Shown here: positions 28,420-36,650 of the stretch, piece by piece
Position numbering within the stretch: the stretch's first letter is position 1
How the letters are laid out: each line of letters begins with the position of its first letter
From: Actinomycetota bacterium
Lineage (GTDB): Bacteria > Actinomycetota > Acidimicrobiia > Acidimicrobiales > Acidimicrobilacustridaceae
Direction of reading: 5' to 3'
NCBI GenBank assembly: GCA_016185305.1
Contig: JACPNV010000050.1
Location: 7,040-71,039, forward strand
DNA length: 64,000 nt
Position numbers and translations under genes: made by a program
The notes under the pieces: model-generated
Told to the model about the DNA's origin: nothing
What the model saw: the letters and a program-made list of their open reading frames with translations, nothing else
Database searches by the model: none

Positions 28420-28584
28420 TCAGACGCGTGCGCGGAGGCCGAGCAGGTTGGTGCCGCACCACGCGACGCTGACCGAGCTGTTGTCCTTCTTGCCGCACTT
28501 GTAGACGCTGATCGAGCTGCGGGCTTCGAGCGGGCTGCCGGCGCCAGCGCCGGACATCGCCTGGAGTTCGAGAACGGATGCCAT
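28420..28584 (-). CDS. lanA: Class III lanthipeptide precursor peptide (54 aa)
   Basis: MASVLELQAMSGAGAGSPLEARSSISVYKCGKKDNSSVSVAWCGTNLLGLRARV. Has a VLELQ leader motif and two S-x2-S-x3-C motifs (SSISVYKC, SSVSVAWC). AAGGAGG lies 8 nt upstream of the ATG, which sits 5 nt after the LanKC stop. It is hidden inside track ORF 28420..28659. Confidence 0.8.
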   Translation of the reverse strand: MASVLELQAMSGAGAGSPLEARSSISVYKCGKKDNSSVSVAWCGTNLLGLRARV

Positions 28585-28589
28585 GGGAT

Positions 28590-31193
28590 TCACCTCCTTT
28601 CGAGGGCTCGGGGCGAGGCCGGTGAGACCAGCAACGACACGTCGTCGCGCGGGGCCCACGGCTCAGACCGGAGGAACGGGAGACTGAGAGGACGCTCGCC
28701 GAGAGCTGACCCGAGGGCCAGCAGCACGCCGGCAGAGCCGGTGGCGAGATCCATCGAGAGACGGGCGAGACCGTCACCCACGAACGCCACGTGGCCTTCG
28801 TAGGGGGCGGCGTGCCATGCCATGCAGGCAACATGCGCTTCCACATCTGCGGCCGGCACGGGTTGCAGGGAGCGCAGGAAGAGCAGGAGCCCGGCGCGAC
28901 CGTTGAAGAGCCCGGACTGGATGACGACATCGCCGGTGGCGGCCAGGCGGATGCCGTCGAGCTGCTGGGCCAGCGTCTCGTCGGGAACGCGGTCGAGGAG
29001 CTCGCGCAGCACGATGCCGATGCCGGCGCTGCCGACGTCGAGGTACGGGAGGACGCGCCAACCGTCATCGACCTGGACAGTTCCGCCGTCTGTTCGTGTG
29101 CAGCGATCGAGATCGGCGCGCACGGCACGTTCGGCCGCATCGAGCAAGGCGGGGTCGGCCGTGTGCTCGTGCAAGCGCAGCATGAACAGCGCCAGGCCCG
29201 ACCATCCCCGCATGAGCCCGGCCGGCTGGGCACGATAGGACTCATCGTCCAGCCGGCTGATGCCGTGCGTGGCCAGCTCGATCGCCAGATCGAGGTAGCG
29301 AGGCTCGTGGGCGGTGCGGTGGAAGTGCAGGAGCGCGAGCCCGATGCCAGCGATGCCGCTGTAGAGGCTCAGGTCATCAGGGTCCAGCGGTTGCTCGAAC
29401 ACCCGTGCCAGCGCGTCGAGCGCTTCGGTGTGACGGCCGCACCGGTCGAGTGCGTAGGCGATGCCGGTTGCGCCGTCATAGAAGCCGGGTCGCAGGTCGT
29501 CCGCGGCCATGGTGGTTCGCACCAGCCAGTCGAGATGGGCGGAATCGACGGGCGCACTCGTCTCGTGCAACGCCCACACCACACCCGCGGCACCGAACGC
29601 CATGGCGAGCCCGCCGCCGTCACCCGCGAACTGTTGCGGGTCGCCGGGGAACAGCCGGTCGGTTCGGTCAGGTGTCGCGCTGGCGTTGATGGCGCGTGCC
29701 ATCGACGTGCGGAGCTGCTCCCACCTCGGGAGGCCCTGGCGGGGCCAGATCTCGTCGCGCCACGCACGATCCACGTTGGTCACGACGATCTCGCCGAGGT
29801 CGCGCCGGACGGCCTCGCCGAAGCCGGAGGGAACCGGGAACCGGGCTTCGACGGCTCCGATCAGCTCGTCGAGCTTCGCGGGATCCCACGGGACGAGCTC
29901 GACGAACGGCAAGAAGAGCGCGAGCCGCAGGGCGCCGAGCGCGAAACGATCGATGGCGAAACCGGTGCGGTCCGCCGGAGCGGCATAGCCGGCGGCGCCG
30001 AGCGTGCGATCGAAGTCCTCGTCCACCCGGTGGCCGAGCTCGAAGTCGACGAGGCACACACGCCCGTCGGGTCGCACGATCACGTTGCGCGGGTGGAGAT
30101 CGCCGATCACGACGCCGCGCGCGTGGACGGCACGGACGGCGGCATCGACAGCGTCGACGGCGGAGACCGCCCATTCGCAGTAGGCGGAGATGGCGTCGCC
30201 GTCTGGCCGGGCCGAGATCATCGGGTGGCGTTGGGAGAGCTCGTCCGCGAGCATCGTGCCTTCCACGTACTCCTCAACCAGGAAGTGGTGCTCCCACAGG
30301 GTGCGGCGTTCGTGCACTGCCGGCACGCAGTCGAGGCCGGCGAGCGTGCTCAGGATGCGGTGCTCGCGTTCGAGGCGAGCCACCGCATCGGTGCCGGCGC
30401 CGTCGAGCCCGGCGAGCGGCCGGGCCTCTTTGAGCACGAGGCGGGCGCCGGTCTCCGGATCGCTCGCGAGGTAGACGCCACCGCCGTTCGAGAAGTGCAT
30501 CGCCTGCTCGATCCGATACGGCAGTGGCTCGCCCGAGTCGCTGGTTCGCTCCGAGATCGCATCCATGAGGAACGACGGCACGGCGACCCAGCCGGGTGCC
30601 GAGAATCGCGGCGCGCGGACGTCGGGGACGAGGTTGCCGTCCGGATCCTCGATGGCGGGCACGATCTCGCCGGTTGCGGTGGTGCACTCCATCGAGACGA
30701 AGCCGCCATAGCGGACGTACAGCGGCCCCTCGTTCCACCGGACATCGCTCAGGATGTACGGACCGGGCTCGCCCGACAGCTCGGCGCCCAACTCGGCGAG
30801 GCAGCGCTCGAGGTCTTGCTCGTTGACCGGGTAGATCGTGATGAACTTCCCCGAACCCGACCGGTCGGCGTACTTGGCGTTCTTGGCGAGGAACGCGGCC
30901 TGGGTGCTGAGGAACTTGAAGCACAGCCCCCGCTCGACGCAGTGGTCCCACGTTGTCGTCAACACGTCGAGGGCGTTGGTCACGGATGCCGACACGTGGA
31001 TCTTCCATCCTTGCTTCGGAAGCTCGATGGCTTCGTGATGGATGACCGTCCACACGCCTGCGGTCGAAGCGTCCCAGCCGTCCGGCGCGGTGCGCTCGAT
31101 CGCCGCCAGCAACGAACCGTCGGCGCCGCCGGCGGCGGGGGCGTCGTAGAAGACCGGGTCGGTCAGGCAGAAGGCTTCATGGTCAGCGTTCAC
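28590..31193 (-). CDS. lanKC: Class III lanthipeptide synthetase (LanKC: lyase + Ser/Thr kinase + Zn-ligand-less cyclase domains)
   Basis: Lyase GWKIHVSA. Kinase VLKEARP, IGDLHPRNVIV, LVDFELG. The C-terminal LanC-like repeats carry GWSGLALF and DLATGSAGV where class I/II/IV enzymes have WCxG and CHG, so there are no Zn ligands. Start GTG 31193 (VNADHEAFCLTDPVFYDAP) has GGAG 8 nt upstream; the track ORF extends to 31337. Confidence 0.85.
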   Translation of the reverse strand: MNADHEAFCLTDPVFYDAPAAGGADGSLLAAIERTAPDGWDASTAGVWTVIHHEAIELPKQGWKIHVSASVTNALDVLTTTWDHCVERGLCFKFLSTQAAFLAKNAKYADRSGSGKFITIYPVNEQDLERCLAELGAELSGEPGPYILSDVRWNEGPLYVRYGGFVSMECTTATGEIVPAIEDPDGNLVPDVRAPRFSAPGWVAVPSFLMDAISERTSDSGEPLPYRIEQAMHFSNGGGVYLASDPETGARLVLKEARPLAGLDGAGTDAVARLEREHRILSTLAGLDCVPAVHERRTLWEHHFLVEEYVEGTMLADELSQRHPMISARPDGDAISAYCEWAVSAVDAVDAAVRAVHARGVVIGDLHPRNVIVRPDGRVCLVDFELGHRVDEDFDRTLGAAGYAAPADRTGFAIDRFALGALRLALFLPFVELVPWDPAKLDELIGAVEARFPVPSGFGEAVRRDLGEIVVTNVDRAWRDEIWPRQGLPRWEQLRTSMARAINASATPDRTDRLFPGDPQQFAGDGGGLAMAFGAAGVVWALHETSAPVDSAHLDWLVRTTMAADDLRPGFYDGATGIAYALDRCGRHTEALDALARVFEQPLDPDDLSLYSGIAGIGLALLHFHRTAHEPRYLDLAIELATHGISRLDDESYRAQPAGLMRGWSGLALFMLRLHEHTADPALLDAAERAVRADLDRCTRTDGGTVQVDDGWRVLPYLDVGSAGIGIVLRELLDRVPDETLAQQLDGIRLAATGDVVIQSGLFNGRAGLLLFLRSLQPVPAADVEAHVACMAWHAAPYEGHVAFVGDGLARLSMDLATGSAGVLLALGSALGERPLSLPFLRSEPWAPRDDVSLLVSPASPRALERR
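28593..28599 (-). promoter_or_regulatory. Shine-Dalgarno AAGGAGG for lanA, immediately upstream of the lanKC stop codon
   Basis: Minus strand reads ...GAA AGG AGG TGA atccc ATG. Perfect SD with an 8-nt spacer. Confidence 0.6.
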
Positions 31194-31297
31194 GGTGGGC
31201 TCCGGTTGCGGGATGCGACTCACGAATGAGGCGTGCCGCCGCCGTTCCACTCGATGGCACACCTCGGCCGGCGCCGGGCGATCGATCTCGGTGCGCG

Positions 31298-32536
31298 TCA
31301 GGCGCGAGGCCACAGACCGACGCCGTCGGGGAACCACAGGTTCGCGGCGATGGTCTCAGGCGGGTCCGGTGCTCCGCTGGTGAAGGTGATGCGGCGGACC
31401 GACCCGGCCCCGTCGCCCGGCCCGAAGCCGTAGGTACCGCCGGTGACGATCCCGATGTCGGCGTAGTACAACGTGCCGTCTGGTCCCGAGGAGATGCCGA
31501 TCGGGGTCCCGGTCGAGAACGGCGTCGCTCCGAGCTGCTCGCCGGCTGGCGGCTGGAGGACGGTCTGGACGAACTGCCAGTCTTGGTCGTACTCGTTGAT
31601 GCTGCCGGTGATCACGCTTGCCACGAAGAAGTGGCCGTCGACGCCGCGGGTGATGCCCGAAGGTGAGATCAACCCATGATCGCCCGACGACAGCACGCGG
31701 GCCTTCGTGACCGCGTCGGCCAGGGGCGAGCCGAGGTTGTCGGTCTTTCCGCACCCGCCCGCAGCGGTTGCCGACGTCGGGAACGGTCCCGGGTACCGGA
31801 ACACGCCGCCCGCGGTCGCCTCGGGGTCTTGCGACGGCCGCGGCGAGTTGAGGTACAGCGCGTCGTCCTGATCGACGTAGATCCCCTGCCCGGTGGCGAG
31901 TCGGAGGTCGAGCTTGCAGTACGCGACCCGATCGCTGTCGTAGGGCGGGAACCAGATCGTGAGCTGGCCATTGGCCGCGTCGGTGGCCTCGTTGCCGATG
32001 TCGGTGGTGACGATGCGGCCGTCGGAGAGCACGCCGCATCCGTAGTTGTCGGGGTCGTCGGGCGTCGGTTGGTAGGTCGGGACGAGCCGGGCTACTCGCT
32101 TCACCGCAAGCTCGCCGACGCGAGCGCCCGTCAGCTCGAAGACGCCCCATCCTGGCGGTGGTTGGGGTTGGCGAGTGTCCTCGCCGGTGACGAGGTACTG
32201 CTTGCCGTCCCTGGTGAACGCGCACATCTGCCCGTTGATGTCCCACCCGTTCGGATCGGTCGGGGCGCCACCGAAGCTCTTGTTGGCAGTGTTGACCTTC
32301 TGCGAACGAAACGGCGGGTCGGTCTCGTACGCCCAGAGGTTGTTGCCCTCGGCGCTGAACAGGATGCTCCCGGGCGCGGGACGGGCCGCAGCGAGGGGTG
32401 TGGTCGCGGTCGTGCCGGCTGGTCCGGCCGTCGGCACGGTGCTCGACGTGGGGGACGCGCACGCGGCCAGCGTGACGACGACCACGACGGTCGCGGCGAG
32501 AGCGGCGCGCCGTGCCGGGTGATCGGTCCCTTCCAT
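31298..32536 (-). CDS. Lipoprotein, probable beta-propeller fold, unknown function
   Basis: MEGTDHPARRAALAATVVVVVTLAAC lipobox, then repeated strand-like segments (LWAYE, YLVTGED, RIVTTDIG, ALYLNS, HFFVASV, TLYYADIG). Same strand as lanKC and 104 nt upstream of it. Confidence 0.55.
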   Translation of the reverse strand: MEGTDHPARRAALAATVVVVVTLAACASPTSSTVPTAGPAGTTATTPLAAARPAPGSILFSAEGNNLWAYETDPPFRSQKVNTANKSFGGAPTDPNGWDINGQMCAFTRDGKQYLVTGEDTRQPQPPPGWGVFELTGARVGELAVKRVARLVPTYQPTPDDPDNYGCGVLSDGRIVTTDIGNEATDAANGQLTIWFPPYDSDRVAYCKLDLRLATGQGIYVDQDDALYLNSPRPSQDPEATAGGVFRYPGPFPTSATAAGGCGKTDNLGSPLADAVTKARVLSSGDHGLISPSGITRGVDGHFFVASVITGSINEYDQDWQFVQTVLQPPAGEQLGATPFSTGTPIGISSGPDGTLYYADIGIVTGGTYGFGPGDGAGSVRRITFTSGAPDPPETIAANLWFPDGVGLWPRA

Positions 32537-32616
32537 GACCGCCCAGTATTGCGAGCATCGGCGATCTCGGGACGGCGGAAGCTGCCCATGGCGACACCGC
32601 AGGGAATAATGAGCGA

Positions 32617-35600
32617 GTGGCCGCACCTCTCGGCTCGGATGCGATGGTCGGACGGGCAGACGTCCTCGAGCGATTGCTCCAGACCTGTGCGAAGGCCACC
32701 GACGGGTACAGCGCGGTCGTCGTGATCACCGGCGAGGCGGGCGTCGGCAAGTCGCGGCTGTGTGCCGAGGTCGCCGGCCGCGCCCGGACGGTGGGGTTCG
32801 AGGTTGCCGAGGCGCGGTGCTGGTCGCACGGCGGCGCCCCGCCCTTGTGGCCGTGGCGCGACCTCTTGAAGCAGGCCGATCCCGCGGGCGCGCCGCTCGG
32901 GTCGGGCGAGCGCCGGGTGACGTTGACGGGTTGGCCCGGCCTGACCGCGGGCTTCGATGTGTTCGAAGGTGCTGCCGACCGGCTGGGTCGGGCCTGCCGG
33001 CGCAACCCGTGGCTGCTCGTGCTCGACGACCTTCACGAAGCCGACGAAGGCACGCTCCTGCTCACGCGGTTCCTCGCGTCGCAGCTCCGGTCGTCGCGAC
33101 TTGTCGTGCTGGTCACGCTCCGGTCGGGGGCGACTGTTCGCGGATCGCGGGAGGAGTTCCTCGTGAGCGAGGTCGAGCGCGAATCGGCGGTGATCGATCT
33201 CGCCGGCCTCGACCGCGACGCGCTCGCGGAACTGGTTGCCGGGTCCGGGCATCCGGCCGACGAGCGCACGGTCGATGTGCTGCTCCAGATCACCAAGGGC
33301 AACCCGCTCGTCGCGCATTCCGTGCTCCGCGCCGCGCCGCCCGGTCCGCTTGACAGCACGCTCTCGCTGGGTGTGGCCGAGGCGTTCCAGCGCCGCCTCC
33401 GATCGGTCGACCCGGCCGTCACCGCGGTGCTGGGTCGCGCTGCCCTCCTCGGCACGACGGCCGCAGTTGACGAGATCGCGCTCGTCGCCGAGCGGTCGCC
33501 TGACGACGTGCGCGCCGCGGCAATCATCGGTCAGCAGCTCCAGGTGCTGCTGGCATCGTCGCCCGCGACGATCGAGTTCACCCACGACCTCGTCCGCGCC
33601 GCCGTTGAGGCGACGCTTGCTCCGGCCGAGCGGCTGGAGACCCACGCCCGCGCGGTCGAGGCCGTCCTCCGGAGCGAGCGGTCCGCCGATGGAGTCCTCC
33701 GCGCGGTGCGCCACGCGCTGGCCGCGTGTTCGCGTTCAGACGCGGACGCGGCGCGGGCCGTCGAGCTTGCCCAACAGGCCGCGGCGATCCTCATGGATCG
33801 GCACGCCTTCAGCGACGCGGCCGGCCTGCTGGGTCAGGCAATCGATGCACTGGAGCAGACCGGTCAGAAGGTGCCGGCCGGGCTGCGCATCGAGCGTGCT
33901 CACGCCATGCTCGCCGCCGGCCGGGTCGGCGAAGCGCACCACTTGGCGGTGATCGCGACCCAGTCGGCCGAGGCTGAAGGCGATCCGGTGGACTTCGCCG
34001 AGGCGGCGGCAGGGTTGGGTGGGATCTGGATCAACAACGTCCGCTCGCCGGTCGAGCAGGCGCGGATGCTCGCGATGCAGCGGGCCGCGCTGGCGGGGGT
34101 GCCACCCGAACATCATCGGCTCGCGGTTCGTCTCTACAGCCGAGCGCTCAGCGGCGCCATGTTCTGGGAGGGGGCTCCGATCGATCCTGTCCTCGAGGTC
34201 ATCGCGATGGCGCGTCAGGTGCGAGATCCTGCCGTGCCGTTGGAGGTCTTCTCCAACGTGCACACCGCGCTGCTCGGTCCGGATTGGAGCGAGCTGCGAC
34301 TCGAGCTGGCCGAAGAGATGGTGCGTCTGGCCGGCGATGTCAACGGCGGCATCTATGCGCTCATGGCGTACTGCTGGCGGGCGGTCGACCTGTTCCTCGT
34401 CGGGTCCGATCAAGCCGACGGCGCGCTCGCCGACCTTCGTGGACCCGCTGAGGCATTGCAGTGCCTGTCGGTGCTGTACGTCGTGCGCCTGGTCGAGACG
34501 ATGCAGCTGATCATGGCCGGCCGTGTCGAAGAAGCCGAGCAGGCGGCGCTGGCCGCGCTCGAGCTGGGCCAGCGGGCGGAGGACGCCGACGCTCTCGGCT
34601 ACTTCGGTGTGCAACTCCTCGCGATCCGCTGGTTGCAGAGCCGGGATGCCGAGATGCTCACGATGCTCGAGACGATCGCCGGCTCCGAGAACGTGATCCG
34701 CGGTGATCAGGGATTCAACGCGGCCGTCGCTGCGGTCGCGGCGCGCGCCGGTCAGATGGACGTCGCTCGGCGCTACCTCGCCCGGGTGTTGGAGGGGCCG
34801 GGCGTGGACGGCATCCCGAAGTTCAGCACCTGGCTCGCCACCCTGGCGGCCGTGGTCGAGGCGGCGTCGGCACTCGGTGATGAGGGTGTGTCCGCCGCGA
34901 CCTACGACTTGCTGGTGCCGTATGGGGGACTGCCGGTCCGCCCGTCGCTCGCCGTCGTCTGTTTCGGTTCGACACAGCATGTGCTGGGGCAGGCAGCGCG
35001 GACCGCGGGACGGCTCGACGCGGCCATCTCGCACTTCGAGGCGGCCATCGACGCCAACGTCAAGCTGGGCAACCTGCCGCGCGCGGCGATGTCTCGCATG
35101 GAGCTTGCGGCAGCGCTCGGTCGGCGCGACGGGCCGGGCGATCGCGACCAGGCTCGCACTCGGAGGCGGGAAGCGATCGCGGCGGCCGCCCGGCTCGGGC
35201 TGGACGAGCTGGCGCGGCAGTGGAGCGATCGGGAAGGCGAGGACGCGCACGAGGTTCGCGCCGGGCCGATCGCAGCGCCTGCGACGCAGGGCGCGCCGGG
35301 AAGCGGGGCGCTCACGATCCGCCGCGATGACCGCCGGTTCGTGGTGGAGCACGACGGCGACAAGGTCGCGTTCGCTGACCGGGTGGGCATGCGCTACCTC
35401 GCGCAGCTCGTGGCCAACCCTGGCCAGTCGATCACCGCGCATGCCCTGATGACCGGCGAGGAGGAACGAACGGTCGCGCGGCAGGCCGTGCTCGATCGTG
35501 CGGCGCGCGACTCGCTCGAAGCCCGTGCCCGTGAGTTGGCCGCCCTGATCGCCACGGCTCGTGCCGATGGCGATGTCGTGGTGCAGGGGCAGCTCGAGGA

Positions 35601-35817
35601 CGAGTTCGACGTCATCACCGACGAGCTTCGCAAGGCGACCGCTCTGGGCCAGCGCGACCGCTTCTTCGGCGACGACGCCGAGCGGGCGCGCACCGCGGTC
35701 CGCAAGGCGATCGTGCGAGCCGTGAACGAGATCGAGGCCGCGCTGCCCACGGCGGGCGAGCTGCTGCGCTCCTCGATCACCACCGGCATCGAGTGCCGCT
35801 ACGACCCGCCTCGGTAG
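32617..35817 (+). CDS. Large STAND/AAA_16 ATPase with TPR-like repeat region and a conserved C-terminal module; no LuxR HTH seen
   Basis: Walker A ITGEAGVGKSRL, Walker B LLVLDDLHEADE, and a long helical repeat region. C-terminus: FVVEHDGDKVAFADRVGMRYLAQLVANPGQSITAHAL ... ERARTAVRKAIVRAVNEIEAALPTAGELLRSSITTGIECRYDP. Divergent from the lipoprotein-lanKC-lanA unit. Confidence 0.7.
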   Translation: MAAPLGSDAMVGRADVLERLLQTCAKATDGYSAVVVITGEAGVGKSRLCAEVAGRARTVGFEVAEARCWSHGGAPPLWPWRDLLKQADPAGAPLGSGERRVTLTGWPGLTAGFDVFEGAADRLGRACRRNPWLLVLDDLHEADEGTLLLTRFLASQLRSSRLVVLVTLRSGATVRGSREEFLVSEVERESAVIDLAGLDRDALAELVAGSGHPADERTVDVLLQITKGNPLVAHSVLRAAPPGPLDSTLSLGVAEAFQRRLRSVDPAVTAVLGRAALLGTTAAVDEIALVAERSPDDVRAAAIIGQQLQVLLASSPATIEFTHDLVRAAVEATLAPAERLETHARAVEAVLRSERSADGVLRAVRHALAACSRSDADAARAVELAQQAAAILMDRHAFSDAAGLLGQAIDALEQTGQKVPAGLRIERAHAMLAAGRVGEAHHLAVIATQSAEAEGDPVDFAEAAAGLGGIWINNVRSPVEQARMLAMQRAALAGVPPEHHRLAVRLYSRALSGAMFWEGAPIDPVLEVIAMARQVRDPAVPLEVFSNVHTALLGPDWSELRLELAEEMVRLAGDVNGGIYALMAYCWRAVDLFLVGSDQADGALADLRGPAEALQCLSVLYVVRLVETMQLIMAGRVEEAEQAALAALELGQRAEDADALGYFGVQLLAIRWLQSRDAEMLTMLETIAGSENVIRGDQGFNAAVAAVAARAGQMDVARRYLARVLEGPGVDGIPKFSTWLATLAAVVEAASALGDEGVSAATYDLLVPYGGLPVRPSLAVVCFGSTQHVLGQAARTAGRLDAAISHFEAAIDANVKLGNLPRAAMSRMELAAALGRRDGPGDRDQARTRRREAIAAAARLGLDELARQWSDREGEDAHEVRAGPIAAPATQGAPGSGALTIRRDDRRFVVEHDGDKVAFADRVGMRYLAQLVANPGQSITAHALMTGEEERTVARQAVLDRAARDSLEARARELAALIATARADGDVVVQGQLEDEFDVITDELRKATALGQRDRFFGDDAERARTAVRKAIVRAVNEIEAALPTAGELLRSSITTGIECRYDPPR

Positions 35818-35922
35818 CGCCGAGGACGAGGGTGGGCGCCCGGCCCGGCGATCTGCCAAGCTGCCAGGACCTCACACGCGGGCCGGCACCGGCCCGACGA
35901 CGACTTGGGAGCGCGCTTTCTG

Positions 35923-36315
35923 ATGATGGATCTCGTGATCGAGGTGGACAACGAGCCCGGATCGCTGGCGCGGGTGGCGGCCGCCATCAGCGACGCGGGG
36001 GTGAACATCTCCGCCGCCACCTGCACCGGGCCCGGAGACAAGGCCGCCATGCACATCCTGGTGCCGCACGCCGAAGCCGCCAAGCATGCGCTCGCGACCG
36101 CCAACATCACCGTGACCAGCCAGCGCGAGGTGGTCGTGGTCGACGCCGAAGATCGCCCCGGCGTGCTCGCCGACATGGCTCGCATGATCGCCGAGGCCGG
36201 CATCGACCTCGACCTGGTCTACGTGGCCACCCGAACCCGCCTGGTGTTCGGCTCGCCCGACCTCGACGCCCTGAAGGACATCCTCGGCGTTGAAGCCAGA
36301 GCATCTGTCTCCTGA
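35923..36315 (+). CDS. ACT-domain protein (two ACT-like repeats)
   Basis: LVIEVDNEPGSLARVAAAISDAGVNI and VVVVDAEDRPGVLADMARMIAEAGIDL. Confidence 0.65.
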   Translation: MMDLVIEVDNEPGSLARVAAAISDAGVNISAATCTGPGDKAAMHILVPHAEAAKHALATANITVTSQREVVVVDAEDRPGVLADMARMIAEAGIDLDLVYVATRTRLVFGSPDLDALKDILGVEARASVS

Positions 36316-36650
36316 CAGGTCCCTGGCGGTCGCCGGCGCTTGCCACATCCACGCAAAATTGGGCTCTGTTGTCGTTTCCGTGGGTCCTCGGCGGTCTGCT
36401 GCCATCGCAGCGATGGGCGCTGGCCCACCCCTCGGCACCCTCTGCCCGCCAGGAGAAACCCGCGGCTACGGCGTGGCCGCCGATCGTTCGGAGCAGTTCA
36501 CGGGCATCGCCGATCCAGCGTGCGCATCTTCCCGCCCGCCGAGCGGAACCATGCCCAACCTGGTGACCGGCTCTCCGCTGGCGCTCCGAGCGCTCCCCAT
36601 CGCCGGCGGGCTCCCTGGCGGTCGCGCCGCCGGCCGGCGCCGCGAGCGCC

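Noticed and set aside
28791-31229. 812-aa plus-strand ORF covering the LanKC region
   Set aside because: Antisense shadow of the lanKC gene. Its composition is Arg/Gly/Asp/His/Val-rich with no motifs, whereas the minus strand carries clear lyase/kinase/cyclase motifs.
31356-33005. 549-aa minus-strand ORF overlapping the lipoprotein gene in another frame
   Set aside because: Arg/Pro/Gly-rich frame-shadow. The alternative frame gives a lipobox and a globular sequence.
33736-35859. 707-aa minus-strand ORF opposite the STAND ATPase
   Set aside because: High-GC antisense ORF with a low-complexity Arg/Gly/Asp/His-rich sequence. The plus strand has Walker motifs and a coherent repeat architecture.
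36316-36650. 335-nt gap between the convergent ACT and CoA-transferase genes, with a CCAGGAGAAACCCGC segment reminiscent of a B12 box
   Set aside because: The rest of the cobalamin riboswitch core (AGGGAA / GGTGAAA / CCCGCAACTG-type elements) is not present in either orientation. No downstream gene lies in the right orientation to be regulated. It is probably eroded or non-coding DNA.
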